In this document: positions 55,626-64,000 of the stretch, one piece after another
Layout of the letters: each line of letters starts with the position of its first letter
How positions within the stretch are numbered: position 1 is the first letter of the stretch
Assembly: GCA_039028615.1 (NCBI GenBank)
Contig: JBCCHT010000028.1
Coordinates: 1-64,000 of the forward strand
Length of the DNA stretch: 64,000 bases
DNA from: Myxococcota bacterium
GTDB lineage: Bacteria; Myxococcota_A; Polyangia; Nannocystales; Nannocystaceae
Reading direction: 5' to 3'
Program-made: the position numbers and the translations under genes
Notes under the pieces: model-generated
Database searches by the model: none
Told to the model about the DNA's origin: nothing
Seen by the model: the letters and a program-made list of their open reading frames with translations, nothing else

Positions 55626-55879
55626 TGAACGCGCTAATTTCCAACCTTCCCCTGCCCCCGCTCGCTGCTCTGGTCGAACTCGAGAGCATTCTCGGGGCGC
55701 TCATCTACTCGCTCATCGGCGTCGTTCTCTTCGCGCTGGCGTTCGTCGTCATCGTGCAAATTTCGCCCTTCTCGATCCGCAAGGAGATCGAGGAGGACCA
55801 GAACACCTCGCTGGGCATCATCATCGGCGCCGTGATCATCGGCCTGTCGATGATCATCAGCGCGGCCGTCTCGGGCTGA
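55625..55879 (+). CDS. DUF350 family membrane protein
   Basis: SPFSIRKEIEEDQN.SLGII.GAVIIG..IISAA. Confidence 0.85.
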   Translation: MNALISNLPLPPLAALVELESILGALIYSLIGVVLFALAFVVIVQISPFSIRKEIEEDQNTSLGIIIGAVIIGLSMIISAAVSG

Positions 55880-55891
55880 CCCCGCCCCCTC

Positions 55892-57685
55892 GTGGCCGAG
55901 CTGCCGCCCAACGCCGAGCCCTCGGTCGACGACGACCCGCCGTCGGCTCGGAGCCCGGGCGACGCGTCGGCTCGTGATGCCGTGACCGAAGAACCCGAAT
56001 CGACGACGGCCGAGCCCCGCTCGGCCGCGCCTGATCAATCCGAAGACGAACCCGCCGCCCCGCCGTCGGGCGACGCTGTCGCGCCCCCGGGCGACGCCAT
56101 CGGCTCGGCGCCCACCGCCGCCGCCGTTCGTGACGCCCGCAGCCGACTGCTGCTGCTGTCGGTCATGGTCGTGGCCACCTGCGGGCTCGTCTACGAGCTC
56201 ATCAGCGCGACCATGGCCTCGTACCTGCTGGGCGACTCGGTCACCCAGTGGAGCCTGGTCATCGGCGTGTACCTGTCGGCGATGGGCCTCGGCTCGTGGC
56301 TGAGCAAGTTCGTCGTTCGCAAGCTCCACACCCGCTTCATCCACATCCAGCTCGTCATCGCCATCGTCGGGGGCTACTCGGCGACCGCGATGTTCTACGG
56401 CTTCGCGCACCTGGACTCGGTGCGGCCGCTGCTGTTCGGCATCCTGGTGCTGGTGGGCACCTTGGTGGGCCTGGAGATCCCGCTGCTGATGCGAATCATG
56501 CAGCAGGGCCAGGAGCTCAAGGACCTCGTCGCTCGGGTGCTGGCCTTCGACTATCTGGGCTCGCTGGCGGCCTCGGTGCTCTTTCCGCTCGCGCTGCTGC
56601 CCTACCTCGGCCTCGTCCGCACCAGCCTGCTCTTCGGGCTGCTCAACGGCGGCGTCGCGCTGTGGTCGGTGCACGCTTTCCGCTCCGACCTGCCTCGCCG
56701 CCACACGATGCGCGCCCAGGCCCTGGTCGTGATCGCGTTCCTCGGCGTGGGCATGTGGGGAGGCAAGCGCCTCGAGAACTTCGGCGAGGCCTCGCTATAC
56801 GACTTCCCCGTCATCTTCTCGCAGAAGACGCCCTACCAGCGCCTGACGATCACCCGCTTCCGCAACGACGTCCGGCTCTACATCGACGGCAACCTGCAGT
56901 TCTCGAGCGTCGACGAGCATCGCTACCACGAGGCGCTCGTGCACCCGGTGATGGCCGCGGCCGCCGATGCTCGCCCCAACCCCGGCCCCAAGGGTCGGCG
57001 CGTGCTCGTGCTCGGGGGCGGCGACGGTCTGGCGCTGCGCGAGATCCTGGCCCACGACGACGTCGCCTCCATCGATCTGGTCGACCTCGATCCGGCCATG
57101 ACCGAGCTGTTCTCCAGCCACCCCATGCTCCGCGAGCTCAACGGCGACTCGCTCACCGATCCGCGGGTGCGGGTGCACAACGCCGACGCCATGGAGTGGC
57201 TGGTCGAGCACGAGCGGCGCGGCGAAGACCCCTTCGACGTCGCGATCATCGACCTGCCCGACCCCAACAACTTCTCGCTGGGCAAGCTGTACACCCGGTC
57301 GTTCTATCGGCTCGTGGGGCAGCGTCTGCACCCCGATGGGGTGGCCGTGGTGCAGGCGACCTCGCCCTATCTCGCGCCGCGCTCGTTCTGGTGCATCGTG
57401 GCCACGCTGGACTCGGCCGGGCTCAACCCCCACCCGTTCCACGCGCTGGTACCGAGCTTCGGGGACTGGGGCTTCGTGCTCGTCTCCCCCGTGCCTCGCG
57501 ACCCGCCCAAGACGCTCAATCCCAAGGTCCCGCTGCGCTTCCTCGACGACGCCACCATGTCGACGCTGTTCGTGTTCCCGGCCGACCAACGAGCGCCCGA
57601 GGTCGAGGTCAACCGCCTCAACAACCAGATGCTCGTGCACTACTACGAGTCGGACCTCATCGACCCCCTGGGCCGCAAGAGCTGA
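55892..57685 (+). CDS. membrane-bound polyamine aminopropyltransferase (SpeE-like)
   Basis: N-terminal TM domain (CGLVYEL, GLEIPL); TPYQ, GNLQFSS.DE.RYHE, VLVLGGGDG, DLDP, IDLPDP, VPSFGDWGF. Confidence 0.9.
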   Translation: MAELPPNAEPSVDDDPPSARSPGDASARDAVTEEPESTTAEPRSAAPDQSEDEPAAPPSGDAVAPPGDAIGSAPTAAAVRDARSRLLLLSVMVVATCGLVYELISATMASYLLGDSVTQWSLVIGVYLSAMGLGSWLSKFVVRKLHTRFIHIQLVIAIVGGYSATAMFYGFAHLDSVRPLLFGILVLVGTLVGLEIPLLMRIMQQGQELKDLVARVLAFDYLGSLAASVLFPLALLPYLGLVRTSLLFGLLNGGVALWSVHAFRSDLPRRHTMRAQALVVIAFLGVGMWGGKRLENFGEASLYDFPVIFSQKTPYQRLTITRFRNDVRLYIDGNLQFSSVDEHRYHEALVHPVMAAAADARPNPGPKGRRVLVLGGGDGLALREILAHDDVASIDLVDLDPAMTELFSSHPMLRELNGDSLTDPRVRVHNADAMEWLVEHERRGEDPFDVAIIDLPDPNNFSLGKLYTRSFYRLVGQRLHPDGVAVVQATSPYLAPRSFWCIVATLDSAGLNPHPFHALVPSFGDWGFVLVSPVPRDPPKTLNPKVPLRFLDDATMSTLFVFPADQRAPEVEVNRLNNQMLVHYYESDLIDPLGRKS

Positions 57686-57695
57686 GGACGCCGCC

Positions 57696-58529
57696 ATGCA
57701 GGGTCGTCCGCCGATCGCCGCTCTGCGCCCCTTCGTGACGCAGCTGTGGGCGACCGACACGACGGCGAGCCCGGGCGCGGTGGGACGCGAGCGCGTGTTG
57801 CCGACCGGTGCCGTGCACATCGCCGTTCGGTTGAGCGGGGCGCCGCTACGGACCCTCGCCCACGAGCGCGACCTCATCGGGCGCGAGCACGCTCCGGCGG
57901 TGATCGGGGGCCCTCGCATGCAGCCCTACTTGCGCCGGACGGGGGAGCCCTGCGCTTCGGTGGGCGCCATGCTGCGACCCGGTGCGGCCGAGTTCTTGGT
58001 CGGAGCGCCCGCCGAAGCCTTCGTCGACCAGCACTGTGCGCTGATCGACCTGTGGGGCGACGAGGCCACCGTGCTGCGCCAGCGACTGGTGGAGCAGCCG
58101 ACCGCCGCGGCCAGGCTCCGAGTCTTCGAGGCCGCCTTGATGGAGCGGCTCGCCCGACCGTCGAAGGCCTCCGTGCGCGCCCCTCGAGGCCTGCACCCCG
58201 CCGTCGCGCATGCGCTCGGCCGCTTCGCCACCGCCCCGGTCGGCGTGGGCACGGTGGTCGACGAGCTCGGCCTCAGCCACCGTCGTTTCGTCTCGCTATT
58301 TCGCCGCACGGTCGGGCTGCCCCCCAAGCACCACTGCCGCGTGCTCCGGTTCCGCCGCATGCTGCCGCTGGCCGCCGACCCGCAGCTGCCCTGGGTCGAC
58401 GCCGCGCTGCGGGGTGGCTACGCCGATCAGCCCCATCTCAGCCGCGAATTTCGGGCCCTGGCCGGCATGCGGCCCAGCGAGTATCGAGCCCGCGCTCCGC
58501 GGTGGACCGGTCACGTCCCGCTCGACTGA
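57696..58529 (+). CDS. AraC family regulator (DUF6597-type N-domain)
   Basis: P..ALRPFV..LW, ERVLPTG, FRRTVGLPPK, GYADQPHLSREFRALAG..P. Confidence 0.88.
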   Translation: MQGRPPIAALRPFVTQLWATDTTASPGAVGRERVLPTGAVHIAVRLSGAPLRTLAHERDLIGREHAPAVIGGPRMQPYLRRTGEPCASVGAMLRPGAAEFLVGAPAEAFVDQHCALIDLWGDEATVLRQRLVEQPTAAARLRVFEAALMERLARPSKASVRAPRGLHPAVAHALGRFATAPVGVGTVVDELGLSHRRFVSLFRRTVGLPPKHHCRVLRFRRMLPLAADPQLPWVDAALRGGYADQPHLSREFRALAGMRPSEYRARAPRWTGHVPLD

Positions 58530-58596
58530 CGCGGCCTCGCGAGGGGGTTCAATTTCGTCCAAGACGCCGCCCGCCCGCGCACGGCATGCTCGGGGC

Positions 58597-59040
58597 ATGG
58601 CGATTCACGAGCTGTTCGCGTACCTCCGCGTCGACGATGCCGGGCGGGCCATCGAGTTCTACCGCGAGGCCTTCGGCGCCACCGAGAAGATGCGGCTGAC
58701 GGAGCCGAGCGGTCGCATCGGGCACGCCGAGGTCGAGTTCAACGGCCACTGCCTCATGCTCTCGGACGAGTTCCCCGAGTACGGCCTCCCCGGACCCAAG
58801 ACCCTGGGCGGCACCCCGATGAACATCCACTTGCACGTCGACGATGCCGACGCGGTGATCGAGCAGGCGGTGAAGGCCGGTGCGGAAGTGGTTCGTCCGG
58901 CGCAAGACCATTTCTACGGCGAGCGGTCGGGCACCGTTCGCGATCCCTTCGGTCACGAGTGGAACATCGGTCACAGCATCGAGGAACTCGATCAACAAGA
59001 GATGCAGGCGCGCTACACCAAGATGATGACGGGCGGCTGA
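58597..59040 (+). CDS. VOC/PhnB family protein
   Basis: YLRVDDA..AIEFY..AFGA, IGHAE, FYGERSG.VRDPFGHEW. Confidence 0.92.
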   Translation: MAIHELFAYLRVDDAGRAIEFYREAFGATEKMRLTEPSGRIGHAEVEFNGHCLMLSDEFPEYGLPGPKTLGGTPMNIHLHVDDADAVIEQAVKAGAEVVRPAQDHFYGERSGTVRDPFGHEWNIGHSIEELDQQEMQARYTKMMTGG

Positions 59041-59261
59041 GCGCAGTCCCGCGCCGCGGCGCGCCTCCGAGCGCGCACTGCGAGCCCCGGTCCGACTCGG
59101 CGCGCGGGCAACGTTTTTCCGGCCCGCAGCCGCCTGCGCGATGAAGGGAGACTCACGGCTCGCCGCTGACCGCTCCGTACGTCTCGTCGACATCGCTCGG
59201 CCCCATGCAGTAGTCTGTTGCGCGGACGCGGAAGGGCTCATACCTCCGCGCACGGAGCATC

Positions 59262-59972
59262 GTGACCCCCATCGTCTATGCAGCGGCAGCGGGAGCCGCT
59301 CTCGGCGTTTCCCATCACCTCGGGCCTCAGTTCCTTCGCAAGCTGCAGGAGCGGAGGCTTCGCGACCTGTGCCGGGAGCAACGGTGCCTCGTCATCACCT
59401 ACGACGACGGCCCCACCCCGAGCCTCACCCCCGAGCTGCTCGCGGTGCTCGGTCGCCACGATGCGGTCGCCACCTTCTACATGCTCGGCAATCGGGTGGC
59501 GGAGCGTCGCGAGCTGTTCGAACGCATCCACGACGCAGGCCACGAGATCGGCTCGCACTCGTTCGAGCACCACAACGCGTGGAAGGTCTCGCCGTGGCGG
59601 GCCATCGAAGACCTGCGACGCGGTCACGCGGCACTTGCGCCCTGGCAAGGCGAAGGCGCGCTCTACCGTCCGCCCTTCGGCAAGCTCACGGTGCCGGCCT
59701 GGCTCGCCGTGAAGCGACAAGGCATGCGCCTCGGTTGGTGGACGCACGACAGCCGAGACAGCCACGGAACGCGGGTCGAGCCCGACGACCTGGCCCAGTC
59801 CATCGTCGACGATGGTGGCGGCGTGGTCCTCATGCACGACTTCGAAAAGCCGGGGCACACCGATTACGCAGTTGCAGCGACCGACGCGCTACTCGCGAGG
59901 GCCAAGGCGGAGGGAATCACCGTGCTCACCCAAGGGCAGTTGCTCGATCGTGAGCAAGGCCGAGGCACGTGA
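59262..59972 (+). CDS. polysaccharide deacetylase (NodB/CE4)
   Basis: ITYDDGP, ATFY, GHEIGSHSFEH, YRPPFG, VLMHD. Confidence 0.92.
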   Translation: MTPIVYAAAAGAALGVSHHLGPQFLRKLQERRLRDLCREQRCLVITYDDGPTPSLTPELLAVLGRHDAVATFYMLGNRVAERRELFERIHDAGHEIGSHSFEHHNAWKVSPWRAIEDLRRGHAALAPWQGEGALYRPPFGKLTVPAWLAVKRQGMRLGWWTHDSRDSHGTRVEPDDLAQSIVDDGGGVVLMHDFEKPGHTDYAVAATDALLARAKAEGITVLTQGQLLDREQGRGT

Positions 59973-60126
59973 AGATCCGGCTGCCACGGTAGCCACCACG
60001 ACTCACGCGGGGGCACGTCCAGACCCGCGCCACACCGCCTCCTGCACCTAGCCCACCCCCTTCCCCCGTGGTAGCGTGCACGCCCGCAGAAAGTGTCTGC
60101 GTGGCTACACGCAAGAGGCTCTCCGT

Positions 60127-61179
60127 ATGTCCGGGTCCCTTCGCCGCTACACCAAGCACCACGACGTCATCGGCCTGTGGCACGTGCCCAACATCAAGAT
60201 GCGGCACCCCGCGGTGGGAGCCAAGCCTTGGTACGTACGCATCAATTCCGACGGTCTGCGCGACGATCGCGACTTCCCGAAGGAAAAGCCGAAGGACAAG
60301 GTCCGCATCACGCTGCTCGGTGACTCGTTCACCTTCGGCCACAGCGTCGAGGTCCACGAGCGCTACAGCGCCAAGCTCGAGAAGCACTTCGGCGACATCG
60401 AGATTCTCAACTTCGGGCTCTGCTCGGCGGGTCTCGACCAGCACTGCCTGGTCTACGAGAACATCGCCCAGCAGTGGGAATCCGACATCTTGATGGTCAA
60501 CCCCTACCTGAACAACGTGGGTCGCTGCCAGCTGACCTACCACATGTTCCAGGGCCAACAGGGGCAGCGAAAGATGTCGGCCAAGCCCTACTTCGAGCTG
60601 CAGGGCGACGAACTCGTGCTGCGCAACGTGCCCGTGCTGCGGGAGCTCAGCACCGCCGACCAGGACCGGCTCAGCCAGGCGCAGAGCCAGCGCTCCGTCG
60701 GCCGCAACGTCGAGGCCGACCCGCAGCGCCGCGCCGTTCGCTACGCCAAGCAGCTCGTGCTCGAGCGCCAGCTCAAGTACCTGGCGATCAAGGCCTTCCC
60801 CATCCAGCCCTACCCCGAGTATCGCTCGAGCGACGCGCCCGAGTGGCGACTCGCCCGGGCCATCCTCCAGCGGCTGCGCGCCGCCTCCAAGCAAAAGGCC
60901 ATGGTCATCGCACCGATGCCGGCCTGGTCGTCCATCCTCAACCCCTCGCTCGCGACCTATCGCGAGCGTTATGCCGAGGTCCACGATCCCGCCAACGGGA
61001 TCCACGTACTCGACATCCTCCCTTACTTTCTCGAGCTGGGTTTCGCCGACCGGGTGCGCTGCATGGTGTCGACCCGCGATGCCCACTACTCGGACTTCGG
61101 CAACAGCGTCGCCGCACGCGGTGTCGCAGCCGAACTCGAGAAGACCGGGCTCCTGGACGCCGTGCGTTCCGGGGCCTGA
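60127..61179 (+). CDS. SGNH/GDSL hydrolase family protein
   Basis: INSDGLRD, LGDSFTFG, NFG, KPYF, DAHYS. Confidence 0.85.
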   Translation: MSGSLRRYTKHHDVIGLWHVPNIKMRHPAVGAKPWYVRINSDGLRDDRDFPKEKPKDKVRITLLGDSFTFGHSVEVHERYSAKLEKHFGDIEILNFGLCSAGLDQHCLVYENIAQQWESDILMVNPYLNNVGRCQLTYHMFQGQQGQRKMSAKPYFELQGDELVLRNVPVLRELSTADQDRLSQAQSQRSVGRNVEADPQRRAVRYAKQLVLERQLKYLAIKAFPIQPYPEYRSSDAPEWRLARAILQRLRAASKQKAMVIAPMPAWSSILNPSLATYRERYAEVHDPANGIHVLDILPYFLELGFADRVRCMVSTRDAHYSDFGNSVAARGVAAELEKTGLLDAVRSGA

Positions 61180-61217
61180 GCGCCAACCAACCGTAGGTCC
61201 CAAGGAGCGCCGTTTTC

Positions 61218-63047
61218 ATGGCCAACATCCTCGGAATTTCGTGCTTCTATCACGATTCGGCCGCCGCCCTGCTCACCGACGGTCGCATCGTCGCGGCCGC
61301 GCAGGAGGAGCGATTCACTCGGCTCAAAGCCGACGCTCGCTTCCCCATCAACGCGATCAACTACTGCCTGGAAGAGGCGGGGATCCACGTCGACCAGCTG
61401 GATGACGTCGTCTACTACGACAACATCATCCTGTCCTTCGACCGGCTGGTGGACACCTTCCTCGGCGTGGCCCCCAAGGGCGCCGACGTCTGGAAGAAGC
61501 AGGTCCCCAAGTTCGTCCAGCAGAAGTTCAACATCCTGGAGACGTTCAAAGAACAGCTCCAGTGGGATCGCGAGATTCACTGCTGCGAGCACCACCTGAG
61601 CCACGCCGCGAGTGCCTTCTACCCCTCGCCGTACCCCCGTGCCGCGGTCCTCACCATCGACGGCGTCGGTGAGTGGGCCACGGCCTCGTACAGCGTCGGC
61701 AACGGCAGCCAGCTCGAGATCGTCAGCGACATGCGCTACCCCGACTCGCTCGGGATGCTCTACTCGGCGTTCACGTACTTCACCGGGTTCAAGGTCAACT
61801 CGGGCGAGTACAAGCTGATGGGACTCGCGCCCTACGGGCGGCCGATCTACGTCGACAAGATCCTCGACAACATCGTCGGCCTCAACGAAGACGGCTCCAT
61901 CTCGCTGAACCTCGACTACTTCGGGTTCCTCGACTCGCACCAGATGATCAACGAAGAGCGCTTCGCCGCCCTCTTCGACGGGCCTCGTCGCCCGGGCGAG
62001 TCGCGGATCACCAACCGCGAGATGGACCTCGCCGCGTCGATCCAGCGGGTCACCGAGATGGCCGTGCTCAACATGGCGCGGCACGTCAAAAAAGAGACCG
62101 GCGAGAAGAACCTCTGCCTCGCGGGCGGCGTGGCGCTCAACTGCGTCGCCAACGGCAAGCTACTGCGCGAGAACATCTTCGACGACGTCTGGATCCAGCC
62201 CGCGGCGGGTGATGCCGGCGGCGCGCTCGGCTGTGCTCTCGCTTACCACTACCTCGAGCGGGGCGGCCGACGAACGGCCGACGACAACCCCTCGGCGCAG
62301 GGCGGCTCGTACTACGGCCCCTCGTTCGACGACAACGAGATCAAGGGCTTCCTCGAGGACAACGAGTACCCCTACGAGCACTATGAGGGCGACGCGCGTG
62401 GCGAGGCCATCGCCGACCTGCTCGCCGACGGTAAGGTCGTGGGTCACTTCGCCGGCCGCATGGAGTTCGGTCCGCGTGCCCTGGGTGCCCGCACCATCAT
62501 GGGGGATGCACGCAGCCGCGACATGCAAAAGTCGCTCAACCTCAAGATCAAGTATCGCGAGTCGTTCCGCCCCTTCGCCCCCGCGGTACTCGAGGAGAAC
62601 GTCAGCGACTACTTCGAGATGGACCGGCCCAGCCCCTACATGCTGATGGTCGCCCCGGTGAAGGAAGAGCGTCGCCTGCCCGTGCAGGCCCCGGAGAACC
62701 GGGAAGAAGACGACCTGCTCAGCTGGATCAACGAACTGCGCAGCGACGTCCCCGCCATCACCCACGTGGACTACTCGGCCCGTATCCAGACGGTGACCAA
62801 GGAGTCCCACGAGAAGTTCCACCAGATCATCGCCGCGTTCGGCAAGAAGACCGGCACCCCCGTGGTGGTCAACACCTCGTTCAACGTCCGCGGCGAGCCC
62901 ATCGTGTGCACCCCCGCCGACGCCTACCGCTGCTTCATGCGTACCGAGATGGACGTGCTGGTGCTCGAAGACTTCGTGCTCCACAAGTCCAAGCAACCCG
63001 AATGGAAGGAAGAAAATGACTGGCGAGAAGAATTCGCGCTGGACTGA
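61218..63047 (+). CDS. carbamoyltransferase (NodU/CmcH/SxtI family)
   Basis: ILGISCFYHDSAA, EERF, EHHLSHAASAF, DGVGE, GEYKLMGLA, AGGVALNC, EFGPRALG, RESFRPFAP, NTSFN. Confidence 0.96.
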   Translation: MANILGISCFYHDSAAALLTDGRIVAAAQEERFTRLKADARFPINAINYCLEEAGIHVDQLDDVVYYDNIILSFDRLVDTFLGVAPKGADVWKKQVPKFVQQKFNILETFKEQLQWDREIHCCEHHLSHAASAFYPSPYPRAAVLTIDGVGEWATASYSVGNGSQLEIVSDMRYPDSLGMLYSAFTYFTGFKVNSGEYKLMGLAPYGRPIYVDKILDNIVGLNEDGSISLNLDYFGFLDSHQMINEERFAALFDGPRRPGESRITNREMDLAASIQRVTEMAVLNMARHVKKETGEKNLCLAGGVALNCVANGKLLRENIFDDVWIQPAAGDAGGALGCALAYHYLERGGRRTADDNPSAQGGSYYGPSFDDNEIKGFLEDNEYPYEHYEGDARGEAIADLLADGKVVGHFAGRMEFGPRALGARTIMGDARSRDMQKSLNLKIKYRESFRPFAPAVLEENVSDYFEMDRPSPYMLMVAPVKEERRLPVQAPENREEDDLLSWINELRSDVPAITHVDYSARIQTVTKESHEKFHQIIAAFGKKTGTPVVVNTSFNVRGEPIVCTPADAYRCFMRTEMDVLVLEDFVLHKSKQPEWKEENDWREEFALD

Positions 63048-63402
63048 GCTTCGCGAGCGACCCATCGCCATGTACATGGCGGGGGCCTTCCGCTCGGCGC
63101 TGGTGCCCGCGGCGAGCGTGGGCAAGCTCTTCGGTCGACAGACCTACACCCGATCGCAGCTGTCGCAGCCGTGGTCCGAGCGACGCCACGTCTCGCACTG
63201 GTCGAAGCGCACGACCAAGAAGGCCAGCTTCACTCGGCTCGACCCCAAGGCGGGCGAGCTGGTGCGGCAGTGCGCCAAGACCTTCGCCGCCGAGGGCAAG
63301 TGGGACCACATCGCGATCCTCACCGCGGTGACGCCCGTGCTGCTCATCCCGAACAAAGACAAGGGTGACGAGATCGATCCGTCGCTCTACGTGATGTTCT
63401 AG
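63016..63402 (+). CDS. small protein downstream of carbamoyltransferase, SxtJ/SxtK-reminiscent
   Basis: Overlaps upstream stop; SHWSKR segment and terminal PSLYVMF; start uncertain (63016 or 63070). Confidence 0.55.
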   Translation: MTGEKNSRWTELRERPIAMYMAGAFRSALVPAASVGKLFGRQTYTRSQLSQPWSERRHVSHWSKRTTKKASFTRLDPKAGELVRQCAKTFAAEGKWDHIAILTAVTPVLLIPNKDKGDEIDPSLYVMF

Positions 63403-63464
63403 CGACGAACCCTCGCCAGAGGGCAAGCGGAGCGATTCCCGAGCGGGGGTCGCTCCGTTCGTCG
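63403..63464 (+). other. compact three-way-junction structure right after stop codon
   Basis: CGACGAA/TTCGTCG closing stem; CCCTC-GCCA-GAGGG; 13-bp CGGAGCGATTCCC-GAGC-GGGGGTCGCTCCG. Confidence 0.55.
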
Positions 63465-63495
63465 TTCGAAGGGTCGGCTTTGCTACGCTGCGGCC

Positions 63496-64000
63496 ATGCC
63501 GGCCCGCCCCCACCGAGCTTGGCTTCGTCTCGCCCCCTGGATCCCACTGCTCGCCATGGCGCTGTGCCTGCCCGCGCTGGCGGGCGGCATCGAGCTGGAC
63601 GACCTGTTTCACGCCCAGCATGCGGCCCGTGCCGACTTCACCCGCTCCGCGTTCACGTTCTTTGGGCAGGGACCGCGAGCCCCCCATGTCCCCGCCTCCG
63701 ATCTGCCGTGGTGGACCGAGCCCGGCCTGCGCCTCGACCTGTTCCGCCCCGTCGCGGCCCTGACCCATCGCCTCGACTACGCGCTGTGGCCCGAGCAGCC
63801 GTGGCTGATGCACCTGCACAGCGTGCTCTGGTACGGCGTGCTGGTCGGGCTGCTCCTGCGCCTTTATCGGGCGCTATCGGACGACCCCGCGCGTGCGGCC
63901 CTGGCGGCTCTGATCTTCGGGCTCTCCCAGGCCCACGCGATGAACGTGGGCTGGCTGTCGGCCCGCAACGCCACCATCGCCGCGACCTTCGTCGTGGCCA
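63496..64000 (+). CDS. GT-C fold (TMTC-like) membrane glycosyltransferase, 3' truncated by window edge
   Basis: MPARPH..TM..ELDD, FRPVAALT..LDY.LW, MHLHSVLWY, AALIF..H..NVGWLSARN; open to window end and absent from ORF track. Confidence 0.65.
   Translation, partial: MPARPHRAWLRLAPWIPLLAMALCLPALAGGIELDDLFHAQHAARADFTRSAFTFFGQGPRAPHVPASDLPWWTEPGLRLDLFRPVAALTHRLDYALWPEQPWLMHLHSVLWYGVLVGLLLRLYRALSDDPARAALAALIFGLSQAHAMNVGWLSARNATIAATFVVA

Noticed and set aside
59041..59110. GC-rich hairpins after the VOC gene as an ncRNA
   Set aside because: Short all-GC stems are expected by chance at this composition; at most a 3' stabilising hairpin
60127..63402. Saxitoxin biosynthesis cluster
   Set aside because: Only the widespread sxtI/J/K/L-like cassette is present; no sxtA, sxtG or other core genes
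63403..63464. tRNA gene or fragment
   Set aside because: Only three helices, no T-loop or anticodon arm in correct geometry and no CCA

Overview
GC-rich bacterial chromosomal window, most likely from a myxobacterium. This is inferred from the MYXO-CTERM tail, many acidic-linker lipoproteins, Ser/Thr kinase-TPR proteins and ECF sigma pairs, which suggest a Nannocystaceae-like organism. It holds about 55 genes. Housekeeping and metabolic genes include metG, htpG, hemH, a fadN-fadA-type beta-oxidation pair, an ALDH, an alpha-hydroxy-acid oxidase and a lytic transglycosylase. It also has an ABC-2 exporter, two ECF signalling modules, many envelope lipoproteins, a DUF4178/DUF350/aminopropyltransferase operon and a deacetylase-SGNH-carbamoyltransferase cassette. 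I found no rRNA, tRNA, CRISPR array or transposase. The most striking element is on the minus strand at 15723-17575. A near-consensus sigma70 promoter precedes an unannotated 20-aa leader ORF with a strong SD. After it come four segments with mutually exclusive pairings, resembling an erm-like translational attenuator, which control an RbfA-like paralogue translationally coupled to an RtcB RNA ligase. This is a candidate ribosome-stall-induced 30S/RNA repair system. All assignments come from reading motifs by eye, with no database searches or folding programs.
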